Part shown: positions 35,351 to 46,930 of the stretch, in pieces
How the letters are laid out: every line of letters starts with the position of its first letter
Position numbering within the stretch: position 1 is the first letter of the stretch
Assembly (NCBI GenBank): GCA_964016885.1
Contig: OZ024744.1
Location: forward strand, 118,854,001 to 118,918,000
Source: Eledone cirrhosa
Taxonomy: Eukaryota
Direction: 5' to 3'
Length of the DNA: 64,000 bases
Notes under the pieces: model-generated
Seen by the model: only the letters and a program-made list of their open reading frames with translations
Database searches by the model: none
Told to the model about the DNA's origin: nothing
Program-made: the position numbers and the translations under genes

Positions 35351-35479
35351 ACCTTAAGATGATTGACTTTGATAAATGTTTAAGTTTTACTAAACAAATT
35401 TTCAGTTACAATCAATGGTCTGTAGACTATTTAGTTTTATTTGTTGATTTATTTTTTTTATATGTTTTTTCTTTTGCAG

Positions 35480-35611
35480 TTTGGTATTCAGAAAAATATA
35501 AATTATCAAGAATTTATCTGCTGGATGGAGAAACACTGCCCACACATGTTTAGTAGTGTTCATGAATGGGTTATTTCGATTTTAACTGGCTCAAAGTCTC
35601 ACATGGAAGAA
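35480..35611 (+). CDS. TLDc-domain protein, coding exon 5: FGIQKNINYQEFICWMEKHCPHMFSSVHEWVISILTGSKSHMEE
   Basis: Acceptor ttttcttttgcag|, 132 nt open, donor GAA|GTGAGT; phase 0/0. Confidence 0.88.
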
Positions 35612-35628
35612 GTGAGTTTTATGTAAAA

Positions 35629-35754
35629 CTAGACCACCCCGCGACCCGTTGGGTCATGTTCACTTTAAAATATACACAAAATCTATATAATGCAAAATGA
35701 CATTGGAAAGCCAATATATATATATATACGTGTATGTGTGTGTGTATATGTACG

Positions 35755-35808
<54 letters not shown>

Positions 35809-38800
35809 GGTGTCTGTGGCCTATATACACTGGTTACAGACACCCACACACACACACAAGTTATAAGATACATATAATTTAATATTCAGTCACCAAATTC
35901 AAGCTAGATACAGTAATGCTGTATTCGATTCTTTGAAGTCACCTGTCATAATTTCATTCAACAACACCACCAGCTCTCTCCCTCTCTCTCTCACACAACC
36001 ACTATCTGAGTTTGTATTCACATTTCAATGGTACCTTACTTTCAAAGTATTTTCCCATTATGCACTGATTTGGCTATTTATAAAGGTACCCGAAAAAAAC
36101 CTGCGTATCTCGGGAACCCATGGTCCAATTTACGCGAAACTTGTCTTTTCACTGTATTATTCACAAGTATTATTCACAAGAAAATATCAAATCATTTTTC
36201 ACTAATAGCTATCCAATCACTCCACTTCAAAATTCTTTTTTCTATATCTCTATGGATGCTTGACTGTTTGTTCTGAAAGATTTTTCTGCTTAAAAAGTTG
36301 CAATGTTAATGAAAAGCTGGTTTTATTTACAAAAATTTGAAAGAAATTATTCTTACTTGTCTTAGTTTTTCCTTTTCCTTTCATTTCTCACGTCAGAATC
36401 AACATTTTCTCATATTTATGCTGTTAAAGTTTGTTCAAAAGAATGCTTTTGATGACAACATTCTTAGTTGACTGGGTATCCTTCAGAAACACTCTGACAT
36501 TTTCTTTTCGTTTTCCGCGGCTAAGGGCTACATAAACCAAGACGTTAGCGAAGCCCGATTGAACTGGGAATTGGCTTCACTGCAAAGGGATATCCTCACC
36601 TTCGGATAGACTAATTCTTATTCTAGGTATCGTAACGATCTCATTTCTGAAAGCAGCAGTGTTGATTCTTGCTACTATGAGATTGTCGTGCAGTTCTTCC
36701 ACGATCATGCGCGTTCCATTTCAAAGCCTTGGAGGATTCAAGTTTCTCATAAGAATTATTGGCGATCCTCTTTTCAATTCCAGGTTATGTGGTGGCAGTC
36801 CTGATAGTTCAACCGAATCAAGGAATTCAGTCGGGAAATGAGTGGCATTGGCACCATCACGCATAGAATTATAGGATCGGTACTCTTTTATGGTTCCAGG
36901 GAAGCATCTGATACAGGTGGAATTGATGCTTCTCATCATTTCATTGAGAGGTACTAAGATGCAATTGTTTGAAAACACTTCAGGTGGATTGTCGAATGAG
37001 GGGTAGATGAAATCAATACATTCTTCCATAGTTGTTGCTTGGAGAACCATTTCTTTTGGCAAAATAATTTCCTCATTTTCAGTTTTTTTATCTTATCTTC
37101 TCCAATATCCAATAGTGACTGTGAATAGTCTCCTGCTCCTCCACCCAATCTCATGTTTGTCTTCAACTGAAATCTTTTGAAGCTTTGCCATAAGTAGGTT
37201 TTTTAATGCAGGCGCTTTCCACGTCTGCTTCATTTCCCCCTTTTCACTACCGGAAGAAGCTGACGGAAATCTCCACAGCAAATTGTCAAAATTCCACCGA
37301 ATGCCTCATTGTTGTCGCATATGTCACGCAGAGTGAGGTCAACGGCTTCGAAGCTTTCCCTCCGAATCATAGGACACTCATCCTAAACAATCAGCCTTGT
37401 ATGCTGGAAGAGGTTTGCTGTCGTTGAGATTTTATCAATGTTGCACAGACCATTTTCTTTCACTACTATCGGTATTTTGAACCTAGAATGCGCTGTTCTT
37501 CCACCAGGCATCAGTGTTGTGGCAATGCCAGATGACGCAACAGCAATAGCCATGTCACCGTTTCCCATGACTTTTGAAAGAATTAAGTTAATCAGGAATG
37601 TCTTTCCTGTTCCACCTGGAGCGTCAATGAAAATCAATGCAGATGTGTTCGTCTCTAAACTGTTACAAACGAAGTCATACACGTGTTTTTGATCACCATT
37701 CAATAGAAGCTCCGTCTCTTCTACAAATCGTCGCTGCTCTTCTCTGCTGTATTGCAATTCATGCAATAACTTCAAATTGCCAATATCCTGATTAGCAACA
37801 ATATTATTTGGCCTTGACAAGTTAAAGTCACTAAGACTTTTGCCCAGGTCGTTAAGTTTGTCTTCAAAATACAGAAGACATTGATCATAATGTCTCTCGC
37901 TAATCAAAAGGTTAGAGTTTCTAGTAGCCCTTTTTTCTATTTGAAGGTAATCCTCAGACAGCGAATGCTTAAATCGAACCCATAAAGCACTGGAATTGTC
38001 AATTTCCGTATTTGTGAGGAGCACGATGAATAGATCTCTCGTGGCTTTGGGAAGTCTTGTTCGCTCAGCATCTTCCAGAGTCTGCTGCCAATGATCATCC
38101 AATTGAAGCAAACTTTTCTCTCTGCAGACGTCTTTCAATAATGGCAGGAGTTCTCCATCACACATTTTCAAAGAGTTGAAGGATACTGGCCCTTTGACGT
38201 GATGCAGAAGGAGTCTTAAATAATACAGGTCACCACTTCGTGGAGAAGCAGTGTATACTCATCCCAAAACATTCGCCTCAAAACTCCCTGGATACTGCTC
38301 AACTGTTTTCCCCATCTTTTATTACTCCAACTTTGGCACATCGGCATAATACAATGATTTTGCAAACGGACCGCGATCGCAAAGATCCATGAACTCAGTC
38401 AGAGTCGTCTTAGCCATGTTATTGTTTACTTTAACAGCAGCATTGACCCGAAAGAAGATTCGATTTTCCTCAGGTAGTTGAACTTGAAGGCTAACTACAG
38501 CCGGTTCTCTCTCATGAATTGGAAATCCAAGTACCAAGGCAACAGCTTCTGAAGGACCGATATATCTTCCTGTTAAATACTGTATTATTTCATCTTGCCT
38601 GTTCACTCCAAACATTGCCTGATCTCTGCCCTTCATGGTATATTTGATAACGTATTTGATCGATTTCATGGAAGAGCACATCTCTACGTTTAAGTGGCAG
38701 TTGAACAGTTTTAATAGTTTCATATTGTGGGAAACCACCCATTCCAAAGTTATATTTCAGCTTCCTCTTCCTTCTTGGTGTCCCTCAAATCCTCCCATTC

Positions 38801-41707
38801 CCGGAGACCGTCTTCTGTACACAGGATAAGAGTCCTCTCCACACAATGTATATTCATTGAAAGGCTTAGGTTACCGCTTACTGCACGTTCCATCTTTCCA
38901 ACACGGCGAATTGTTAGAGTAATTCGGACCGTGGATCATGTGCTTCAGCACCAATTCATGACCCTCTGGATCTTTGTTTGGATCTGGTATTTCGGCTTGA
39001 ACAAATTTATCATATTCCTGCGGTCTGGGCTTGGAGGCTTCATTGAGCCATAGCAAATAGTGCAGATGAGGAAGACCTCGCTTTTGGTATTCGACTGTCA
39101 GCACGTAAGCTATGCACTTGCCAAATAGGCCATCTACTCCAGTTAGATACTTTCTTAACAGTTTCCGCTTCAGGTCAAATACTCTGGCAATTAAATCTGG
39201 CCTGTCATGTGGCTTCTGATTCAGGAATAGGTTTTGCCGGATTTCAGGCCAGTTTGGATTGCATGTCATTGTGATGAAGAACGAAGGATTGCTTTACGTC
39301 CGTATGTACATCATGGCATCCTGGCATCACTCCATCATATATCTTGGTCTACACACAATTGTGGAAGAAAGTATGATTCGCCTGCCAATATTGCGAAAAT
39401 CATCATCATCATTCAATGCGTCAGTAAGGCCCTTGTATGTTGTAGATCGCAATGATGTTTGATTCATTCGGATGTATTGCAGTCTATCTCCTTCAACCTT
39501 CGCAGCCATGTCAACCAAATATTGCTGAAATAAACGACTGCCTCTGAGAAGTTGGTTGAATTCATTCTCAAGGTTCATTATTCGATAGGCATAGTAGTGC
39601 ATTGGCAACACCTTGTTGTTGCTCATTAACAGCTCAGGATGCCATCCGTCATTGCCAAAAGGAAAAAAATAGAACATACTGCAAACTGTCATAGGACCGA
39701 TGGGACCCTCAGATTATTTGCAATTGTCCACCTTTTTCTTTCAACACAATGTGCTGTGCTTTTGCTTGAAGTTCAGTGCTGTTTTGTATAATAACGGCAA
39801 CTTCGTTTGCAGTTTATGCATTGAATCTTCTCTCATGTTCCATTGCTGGTCTCCTATCAGGCTTCAATAATAATTGAAGCTTCGGGAATATTTTTAATTT
39901 GTTCTTTTGCCATTCGAAATGAAGCAACGTATGGGTTATATTGACTGAGTATTATTTCCAGTAATTCAATTATGTTGCGCTGAATGCCATCATTATGGAG
40001 TATCCTGATCCTCAAATCAACACTATCCTGAGGATCCAAGAAGTAAATTTGAAGAAATTGGGACTGTTCGTTGGGATTAGGGGTTAGGGAACCGATGTAA
40101 TGATGAATTTGACCATGATTAACGATAGAAGGATTCATCCACTCCTTCTTCGGCCCCAAAAGATGTCATTTGGAACAGGCTGTTGTATTATCTGAGGTTC
40201 TTCCTAAACTCGTTTGCCCTAGGTTGATCAGTACTAAATAAACTGTAAAGTTCCTGGGGTAAAGGCTGCAGATTCCCCAACCTGACTTTGCCATTCATAC
40301 AGCAAAAGTTAGCAGTTTCACCATGAAAAAGCATTGCATGACAAGACACAGATCTTATTCATCTGCCCAACGTCAGCAGAGAGGTCACGTCGTTGAACTG
40401 TCCTTGCTCTATCCCTAATGGTTTGTTGGCAAAGACATTCAGTTCTCCGACCATCCAATTCATGATCTCCTGCTTCTGTCCCTTTCCCTCTGTTCCGCCA
40501 GACGGTCAGTTCTCCGACCATCCAATTCATGATCTCCTGCTTCTGTCTCTTTCCCTCTGTTCTGCCAGACGGTCAGTTCTCCGACCATCCAATTCATGAT
40601 CTCCTGTTTCTGTCCCTTTCCCTCTGTTCCGCCAGACGGTCAGTTCTCCGACCATCCAATTCATGATCTCCTGCTTCTGTCTCTTTCTCTCTGTTCTGCC
40701 AGACGGTCAGCTCCCCGACCATCCAATTCATGATCTCCTGCCACTGTCCCTTTCCCTCTGTTCTGCCAGACGGTCAGTTCTCCGACCATCCAATTCATGA
40801 TCTCTTCTGCCACTGTCTCTTTCCCTCTGTTCCGCCAGACGGTCAGCTCTCCGACCATCCAATTCATGATCTCCTGCTTCTGTCTCTTTCCCTCTGTTCC
40901 GCCAGACGGTCAGCTCTCCGACCATCCAATTCATGATCTCCTGCTTCTGTCTCTTTCCCTCTGTTCCGCCAGACGGTCAGCTCTCCGACCATCCAATTCA
41001 TGATCTCTTCTGCCACTGTCTCTTTCCCTCTGTTCCGCCAGACGGTCAGCTCTCCGACCATTTGATGCTTCTGTCTCTTTCCCTCTATTTTTTAAGTCAT
41101 TTTCACTGAAGAATATTTTTTAAATATGCCAAGAAATATTTTTTCCATCGTATTCACTCGAAAATAATTTTTTTTAAATGAAGATATTGTCTATGTAAAT
41201 AAAGCTTTTTGTGAAATCAAATTCACTTTAAAATATTTCTAAATAATTGAAATATTCTTTTTAACAAAAGCAAAAATATAAACACCTACTGTTTAACACC
41301 AACTGGTATTTTTCAGTCATATTCACTTAATGCTTTTCTGTTAAGTAAAATATCATGTTTAAAGAAAGCTCAAATATAGATACTTGAAGTACAAACAACT
41401 TGTAATTTTGAAATCATATTCACTGAGAAATCACTGAAAAATCTTTTTTTAATAATTATTAAAAATATTTCTCGAATGATGAAAATAGTTTGTCGATTTA
41501 CGTCAAACTTGTTTTATCTCCATTTAAGGAGTGTTACTTACAAGGCTATTTCTCCATTATGCACCATTTTGGCTATTTACGAAGGTATCCTACACAAACA
41601 CACACACACACACACACACAAACAAATATATATAAGTCTCTAACTTAAGTACTGTTATACACACACACACACAAATAAAAATATATATGTCTCTAACTTA
41701 AGTACTG

Positions 41708-41786
<79 letters not shown>

Positions 41787-42254
41787 AATATATATATATA
41801 TGTCCCTAACTTAAGTACTGTTACACGCACACACACACACACGTCTCTAAGTACGTAAACACATGCACTGGCACACATACACATACAGATACACACGGTG
41901 GCAGTAGAACTGTGAAAAGAGAGAAAGAAATAACGTTATGGATAGGGGTAGAGTTAAAATAAATAAAAGTTAAGGGTGCTGTCTCTTTCCCTATCTCTCA
42001 TCTCTTTATTCTCTCTCTTTCTATCTATCACCCCCTCTCTCTTTCCCTCTATCTATCACTCCCTCTCTCTTTCTCTCTATCACTCCCTCTCTCTTTCTCT
42101 CTATCACCCCCTCTCTCTTTCTCTCTATCACCCCCTCTCTCTCTTACTCTCTCTCACCCTCACTCTCTCTTTCTCTCTTACCCTCTCTCACCCCTCTCTG
42201 TCTCTCTTACCTACAGAATGGACAGCCAAAAAACAAACGGATTATTTCTTTCGA
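35629..42254 (-). mobile_element. Helitron with frameshifted Rep-Helicase gene (5' boundary uncertain)
   Basis: Rep motifs MTCNPNW, VEYQKRGLPHLH, KYVIKY; PIF1 motifs DAPGGTGKT, VASSGIA..GRTAHSRFKIP, LPPH.LELKRG.PIILMRNL; 3' end hairpin gaccc-aac-gggtc then CTAG|T at 35629. Confidence 0.9.
40440..41080 (-). repeat. 67/69-bp tandem repeat at the N-terminus of the Helitron ORF
   Basis: About 9 units encoding RLAEQRERDSGRRDHELDGRRTD-like charged repeats. Confidence 0.85.
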
Positions 42255-42256
42255 TA

Positions 42257-42545
42257 TCTATATATAAAACTAAGGATGTCTGTGTGTGAGTTTGAATCCC
42301 TAAAACTCGTTCATTATAAAATAAGATAAATTGAATTTAGATGAATTCCTTGCTATTTTTGGAAAATTGGAAATATTGTCCATGTGCGATTTACGCCAAA
42401 CTTGTTTAATTCAGAGTGTTTTCTCATGCAATGCTTTGGCTATTTACAAAGTTTTGCAGGGTGATGATAATTTAGAGGTATTTTCCCAGTATGCACTGTT
42501 GTGGAACCCGAGGTCAGATTTTCGCGAAACTTGTTTAATTCAGTT
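42257..42545 (+). mobile_element. 5' end of a non-autonomous Helitron
   Basis: A|TCTATATATAAAAC..GAT GTC..CCCTAAAACTCG, similar to 11775-11826. Confidence 0.55.
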
Positions 42546-42559
42546 TACTCAGCTGTAGA

Positions 42560-42752
42560 AATGAGATGATAGGACTGGGGTCCCTATCATTCCACTGCAA
42601 AGTGGTTGTAGAGGTGCCACGGAAAGAAAGCACCCAGCACTCACTGTAAATGAGGTTGGTATTAGGAAGGGCATCCAGCTGTAGAAATCAAGCCAGAATC
42701 AGTTCCTGTCCCACCCTTGCAAGCAGGGAAAAAGCAGACGTAAAATGATGAT
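42560..42752 (+). mobile_element. Bipartite RTE-derived SINE-like element
   Basis: ggtgccac..aaagcacccag..ctgtaaa..ttaggaagggcatccagc joined to the family A tail tcccacccttgcaagcagggaaaa..gacgtaaaatgatgat. Confidence 0.75.
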
Positions 42753-42834
42753 TTCAGAGGCAACTTGCTTTCAAAGTATTTACGTCTATCACCACCACCA
42801 CTACAGCCATTACTATCACCATCACTACTACTAG

Positions 42835-43830
42835 CTCAGTGCCAGAAGTCATGGTCCTGTGTGAGGTGTAATTGAGCAAAGTCAGCCCTTATCACCTCAT
42901 TCCCGGTCTTAGGCCTGCCTACTCCACGGCTACCATCAACTTTGAGCACTCTGCACCGTATTATACAGCTGTCATCCTTCATATACATCACATCTCCATA
43001 CCAACGCAATATTCTCTCCTGTACACAGAATCTGATCCCTCTCTTGCCTAGTTTCTCTCACAGTTTGTTTATGTTCTGCTGTTCACGTATATTGCTATTA
43101 CACATCCATCGAAGCATGGAGGCTTCATTTCTTTCCAATTTTCTCAGGTCCTCAGCACACAGCACCCAGGTCTCACTGCTGTGCAACATTGTTGTTCGTA
43201 TACATGCATCATACAGTCTGCCTTTTATTTTAAGGAAGACATTTTGTAGTTAGCAGTGGTAGTAGATCCCTGAACTTTCTCCAGCCCGATCTCACTCTGG
43301 TTACAGTGTTTTCGGAACACCCTCCCCACTACTGATTTGGTCACCCAGGTAACAGAAGCTATCTACCACTTCTATAGAGCCCTCTGGGCATTTGTAGGAG
43401 ATTGTATCTTAAGAGCTCTTGCTACTTATTGCTCCTGTGCACCGGCCACATTTAAAACCTATGTTCTGTATTAGTCTGCCTGAGATCCCACTACATCTCT
43501 TGTGTACCTAAAGCTTGAATTTGGGACATAGGATGGAATTTCTACCTACTTCTCTGCACACTGAGCAGGGCCATTTCCCTGAGGAGATCTGGCCCTGTTA
43601 TCCTTTCTATTTACCAGAACTTTAGTCTTTGCAAAGTTGACTTCAAGACCTTTTGATTCCAGGCTGTGCTTCCAGATTTGGAATTTCAGCTATAAGGGTT
43701 AGGTCATCTGCATACAGGAGTTTCCTTGAGCAGCCAGACTTAAAATCCTCCATTATTGCCTGCAGGACAATAATATACTGGAGAGGGCTTAGAACTGAGC
43801 CCTAACTGACACTAACCTGCACGCTAAATC
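42835..43830 (-). mobile_element. RTE LINE (family B-like) RT/PHD/C-terminal fragment
   Basis: Similar to 12620-13650; YADD, PHD and YLG segments recognisable. Confidence 0.85.
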
Positions 43831-44064
43831 TTCTCTTCAAGCTGACGATATAAAAATATAGACCAATCTCAAGAGCAGATCGATAATCGAGTTGGATCCA
43901 TAACTTCTATGAGTGACCAATCCTCTGTGAAACACATGTAACACGTCCAGACAATACAAATCTAAATGCATGTAAACGAAACTTCATTGTTCTTATTAAT
44001 ATATATATTCTGCCTCTGCTTTTAGTGTGGAATAAGGTTAAAAGTTTTGAAGGTCACCAGGAAC

Positions 44065-44300
44065 CTCTACTTGTCACTGTCAAGAGGAGGAAACTGGTGT
44101 GGTTTGGCCATGTCGCACGATATGACACCCTGTGCAAGGTACCATTGAAAGTGGAGGCGACCCCATTGCAAAACCTGGTTGGACAATGTTAAAGAATGGA
44201 CACATGATGACACCAGATTTGTTGACAGATTATTTTGAGTGTGGGCTGCTTCTACAGTAGGATCCCCTCCGACAACTACAGAAGTCAAGAGGCTGGGGAT
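44065..44300 (+). mobile_element. RTE/BovB-like 3' fragment
   Basis: TVKRRKLVWFGHVAR..LCK...WLDNVKEWT. Confidence 0.6.
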
Positions 44301-44476
44301 GATATATATATATATGTAAGGGTTGAACCTCCTGACCCCTTGTTCATGTTAGCAACTGTAAAACAAACAAACTGTAATGGAATATTCAACTGTAGTCACA
44401 ATGATGATGATATATAAGTACTCTATATTGTTTTATTTCCTTCTCCACTTGATAATGTTTTATGTATTGTTGACAG

Positions 44477-44665
44477 GTAACCACTGCAGTTCCTGAATTA
44501 GATCATATTTTGAAAGGTCATTATTTGATCAACAAAACGGTACTTTGGTGTATGACTGTTTCTTTGCCTGCTGTCTACATAGAAATTCCAAAACCTACTG
44601 ATCTGAGGACACAGCCAAGTTCTTACGCACTTGCTTCAAGTTCCATACAAGATCTTCTTTTGAAG
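44477..44665 (+). CDS. TLDc-domain protein, coding exon 6: VTTAVPELDHILKGHYLINKTVLWCMTVSLPAVYIEIPKPTDLRTQPSSYALASSSIQDLLLK
   Basis: Acceptor ttgttgacag|, 189 nt open, donor AAG|GTAAGT; phase 0/0; the L-x-x-x-LP segment is typical just before TLDc domains. Confidence 0.85.
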
Positions 44666-44739
44666 GTAAGTATCAACTGTAATAATGATGATTGCAATGA
44701 CATTTCACTAAAATACCAACGAGGCCAACTGCCACCCCA

Positions 44740-46350
44740 CCATTAACCTCAATGGCACACCTCCTCCCATATAATGTCATACTCACCCTTGTTGGAATCA
44801 AATTTGACCAACAGCTGACCTATAGATAATACCGTGTGTCCTGACATGCAAGGGTGTCCTGAGGAACAAGCTACTACACCACTTGGCAGGCTCATCAGGG
44901 GTGCTGACATATCCACTTTACGTACCAGTGCTCTAACCTTGGTGTACTGTGCTTCAGAGATATGCTTCCTGTGTATGGTGCAGTAGCTCCCATACTATGA
45001 AGCTAGATACATCCCTGAATAATACCTTAACCCTTTAGCATTTGCATTAATTTTCAAACGTCATGCTTATCTGTTTGCCAGTTAATCATACTCAAGAGGG
45101 TTATCAATTTTATTTGTAATTTTCTTAATTTTCTATGTGCAGGCTTGAAATTTTGTCAGTAGATGTTTAAATATCAATAATTTACAATTATATAATTTTA
45201 ACTAATTTTTTTTGGTTAAATTTGACTTTTATGGGCAGGTGAAATTAATTAATAGGGGCATTTGAAGTATCAACCAGGTACAAATACTGGTTTAATTTTA
45301 AACACGTTGTTTTCGGCATAATACTTGATATATAAGGATCACTAAACCTTATACCAGTGTTCCAGTAATTCCACAGTCTTGGAAATTGTTTTATACCATA
45401 CTTAATATTTACGGTAAAAAATGCTTGCATTTCCGCAGCATCTGTCGGTCGCCAAAACAGATCGGGTTTTCCTCGATTTGAAATCTGTTGTTGGGCATAT
45501 CGATTAGTCTCTTCTGCCACAACTTCAAATGTGGTAAAAAGAAATAATCCAGTGCTTTAGCATCGGGAGCTAATGTGTGTTGTGGACCAGTATTTTGAAT
45601 AAAATCGGGAACATATATTAGTGTGGTATTTTTCAACCACGATGCTGTAATATTTTCAATGGCGCCTTGGAGTCTCCTTCGATTTCACTTTCAAAACAAC
45701 AATCACCGTCGGACGAAATTTCAGAAATATAAACATCAGATTCATTTTAAGATAAATCACTAATATTATCGTTTGTTTCTTGTTTATTCTGAATGTTGTT
45801 ATGTATAAAACCTTCAAAGTCGGTATCACTACTTTCATAAGCCATGTTGATACAAAAAAAAATTTGTTGCACTTTCAAAGTTAAAAAAACACTTGTTGTT
45901 TTAAGTTGTTCCACTATATTAAGTGTTAATTTTCACGGTAAGAGCCTAATCTCGCAGCAGTCTCGAATTGACGAGATTTTGATGATGGTTTGTTTATTTT
46001 TAGAACAATTTTTTAGTGTGTGTGTTTTCGGGCGATTTCGAGCGGTTTGAACACTATAGGGTTCAGGCTCATTACTGGATGACTCTATCCAACACCAATT
46101 GAGTATCTACCTGTGCTCTCAGGCTCCTCTTCATAGAGAACATCACATACACAAGTTGGTAACCAAGGCCTCAATATACCCAAGTCATCCGTCTGTCTAC
46201 CACCCACAGAGATGTATATTTCAGCCTAAGTTTCAAAAGACAAATCCTCTCTCCAAATGGGATCCAGTCCACAATTTATTCTGACAGCCAGGGGCTTGTG
46301 AGTATCCCCACTCCCACCTGTGCAGTCATATTTGGCACTACACCTGAATA
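44740..46350 (+). mobile_element. I-group (Vingi/Ingi-like) LINE fragment split by piggyBac
   Basis: LAGSS.GADISTLRTSALTLVY...VW.SSSHT.KLD..LNNT|LRLITG..PTP, continuous across the TTAA insertion. Confidence 0.55.
45031..46061 (-). mobile_element. piggyBac internal-deletion derivative with transposase N-terminal remnant
   Basis: TTAA|CCCTTTAGCATTT ... GGTTTGAACACTATAGGG|TTCA; ORF 45245..45520 EETNRYAQQ..W.PTD..EM.AF...YW is PGBD-like. Confidence 0.85.
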
Positions 46351-46517
46351 GTGGAGTTTCCATCCTCCATCGAAATCCAGAGCCATGGAACTTTGTTGAG
46401 GAAACCCCAACTATATCTGGTAACATCTGTGGTCCTACATTAGTTTCTGCTTCTTTCCTGTAAGGGTTTTAATGTTCCAGATACCAATTGTTAATGTTTA
46501 TTTCCTTCTAGACCCTC

Positions 46518-46852
46518 TTTGAGACACATGAGCCAGCCAAAGTACTCCAATGACCACGGTCAGTTACATCTGTCTTGAGACACATGAGCCAGCCAAAGTA
46601 CTCCAATGACCGCGGTCAGTTACATCTGTCTTGAGACACATGAGCCAGCCAAAGTACTCCAATGACCATGGTCAGTTACATCTATGTCTTGAGACACATG
46701 AGCCACCCAAAGTACTCCAATGACCACAGTCAGTTACATCTATGTCTTGAGACACATGAGCCAGCCAAAGTGCTCCAATGACCACGGTCAGTTACATCTA
46801 TGTCTTGAGACACATGAGCCAGCCAAAGAGCTCCAATGACCACGGTCAGTTG
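46518..46852. repeat. 56-58-bp minisatellite (6 copies)
   Basis: tgagacacatgagccagccaaagtactccaatgaccacggtcagttacatct(at)gtct. Confidence 0.9.
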
Positions 46853-46930
46853 TATCATCTCCCTCTGAAAATCTTTCCATTATTAGTTACTTCATTCATG
46901 AAATCTCAGTTCTGTTGTGGTGAAGTTGAT

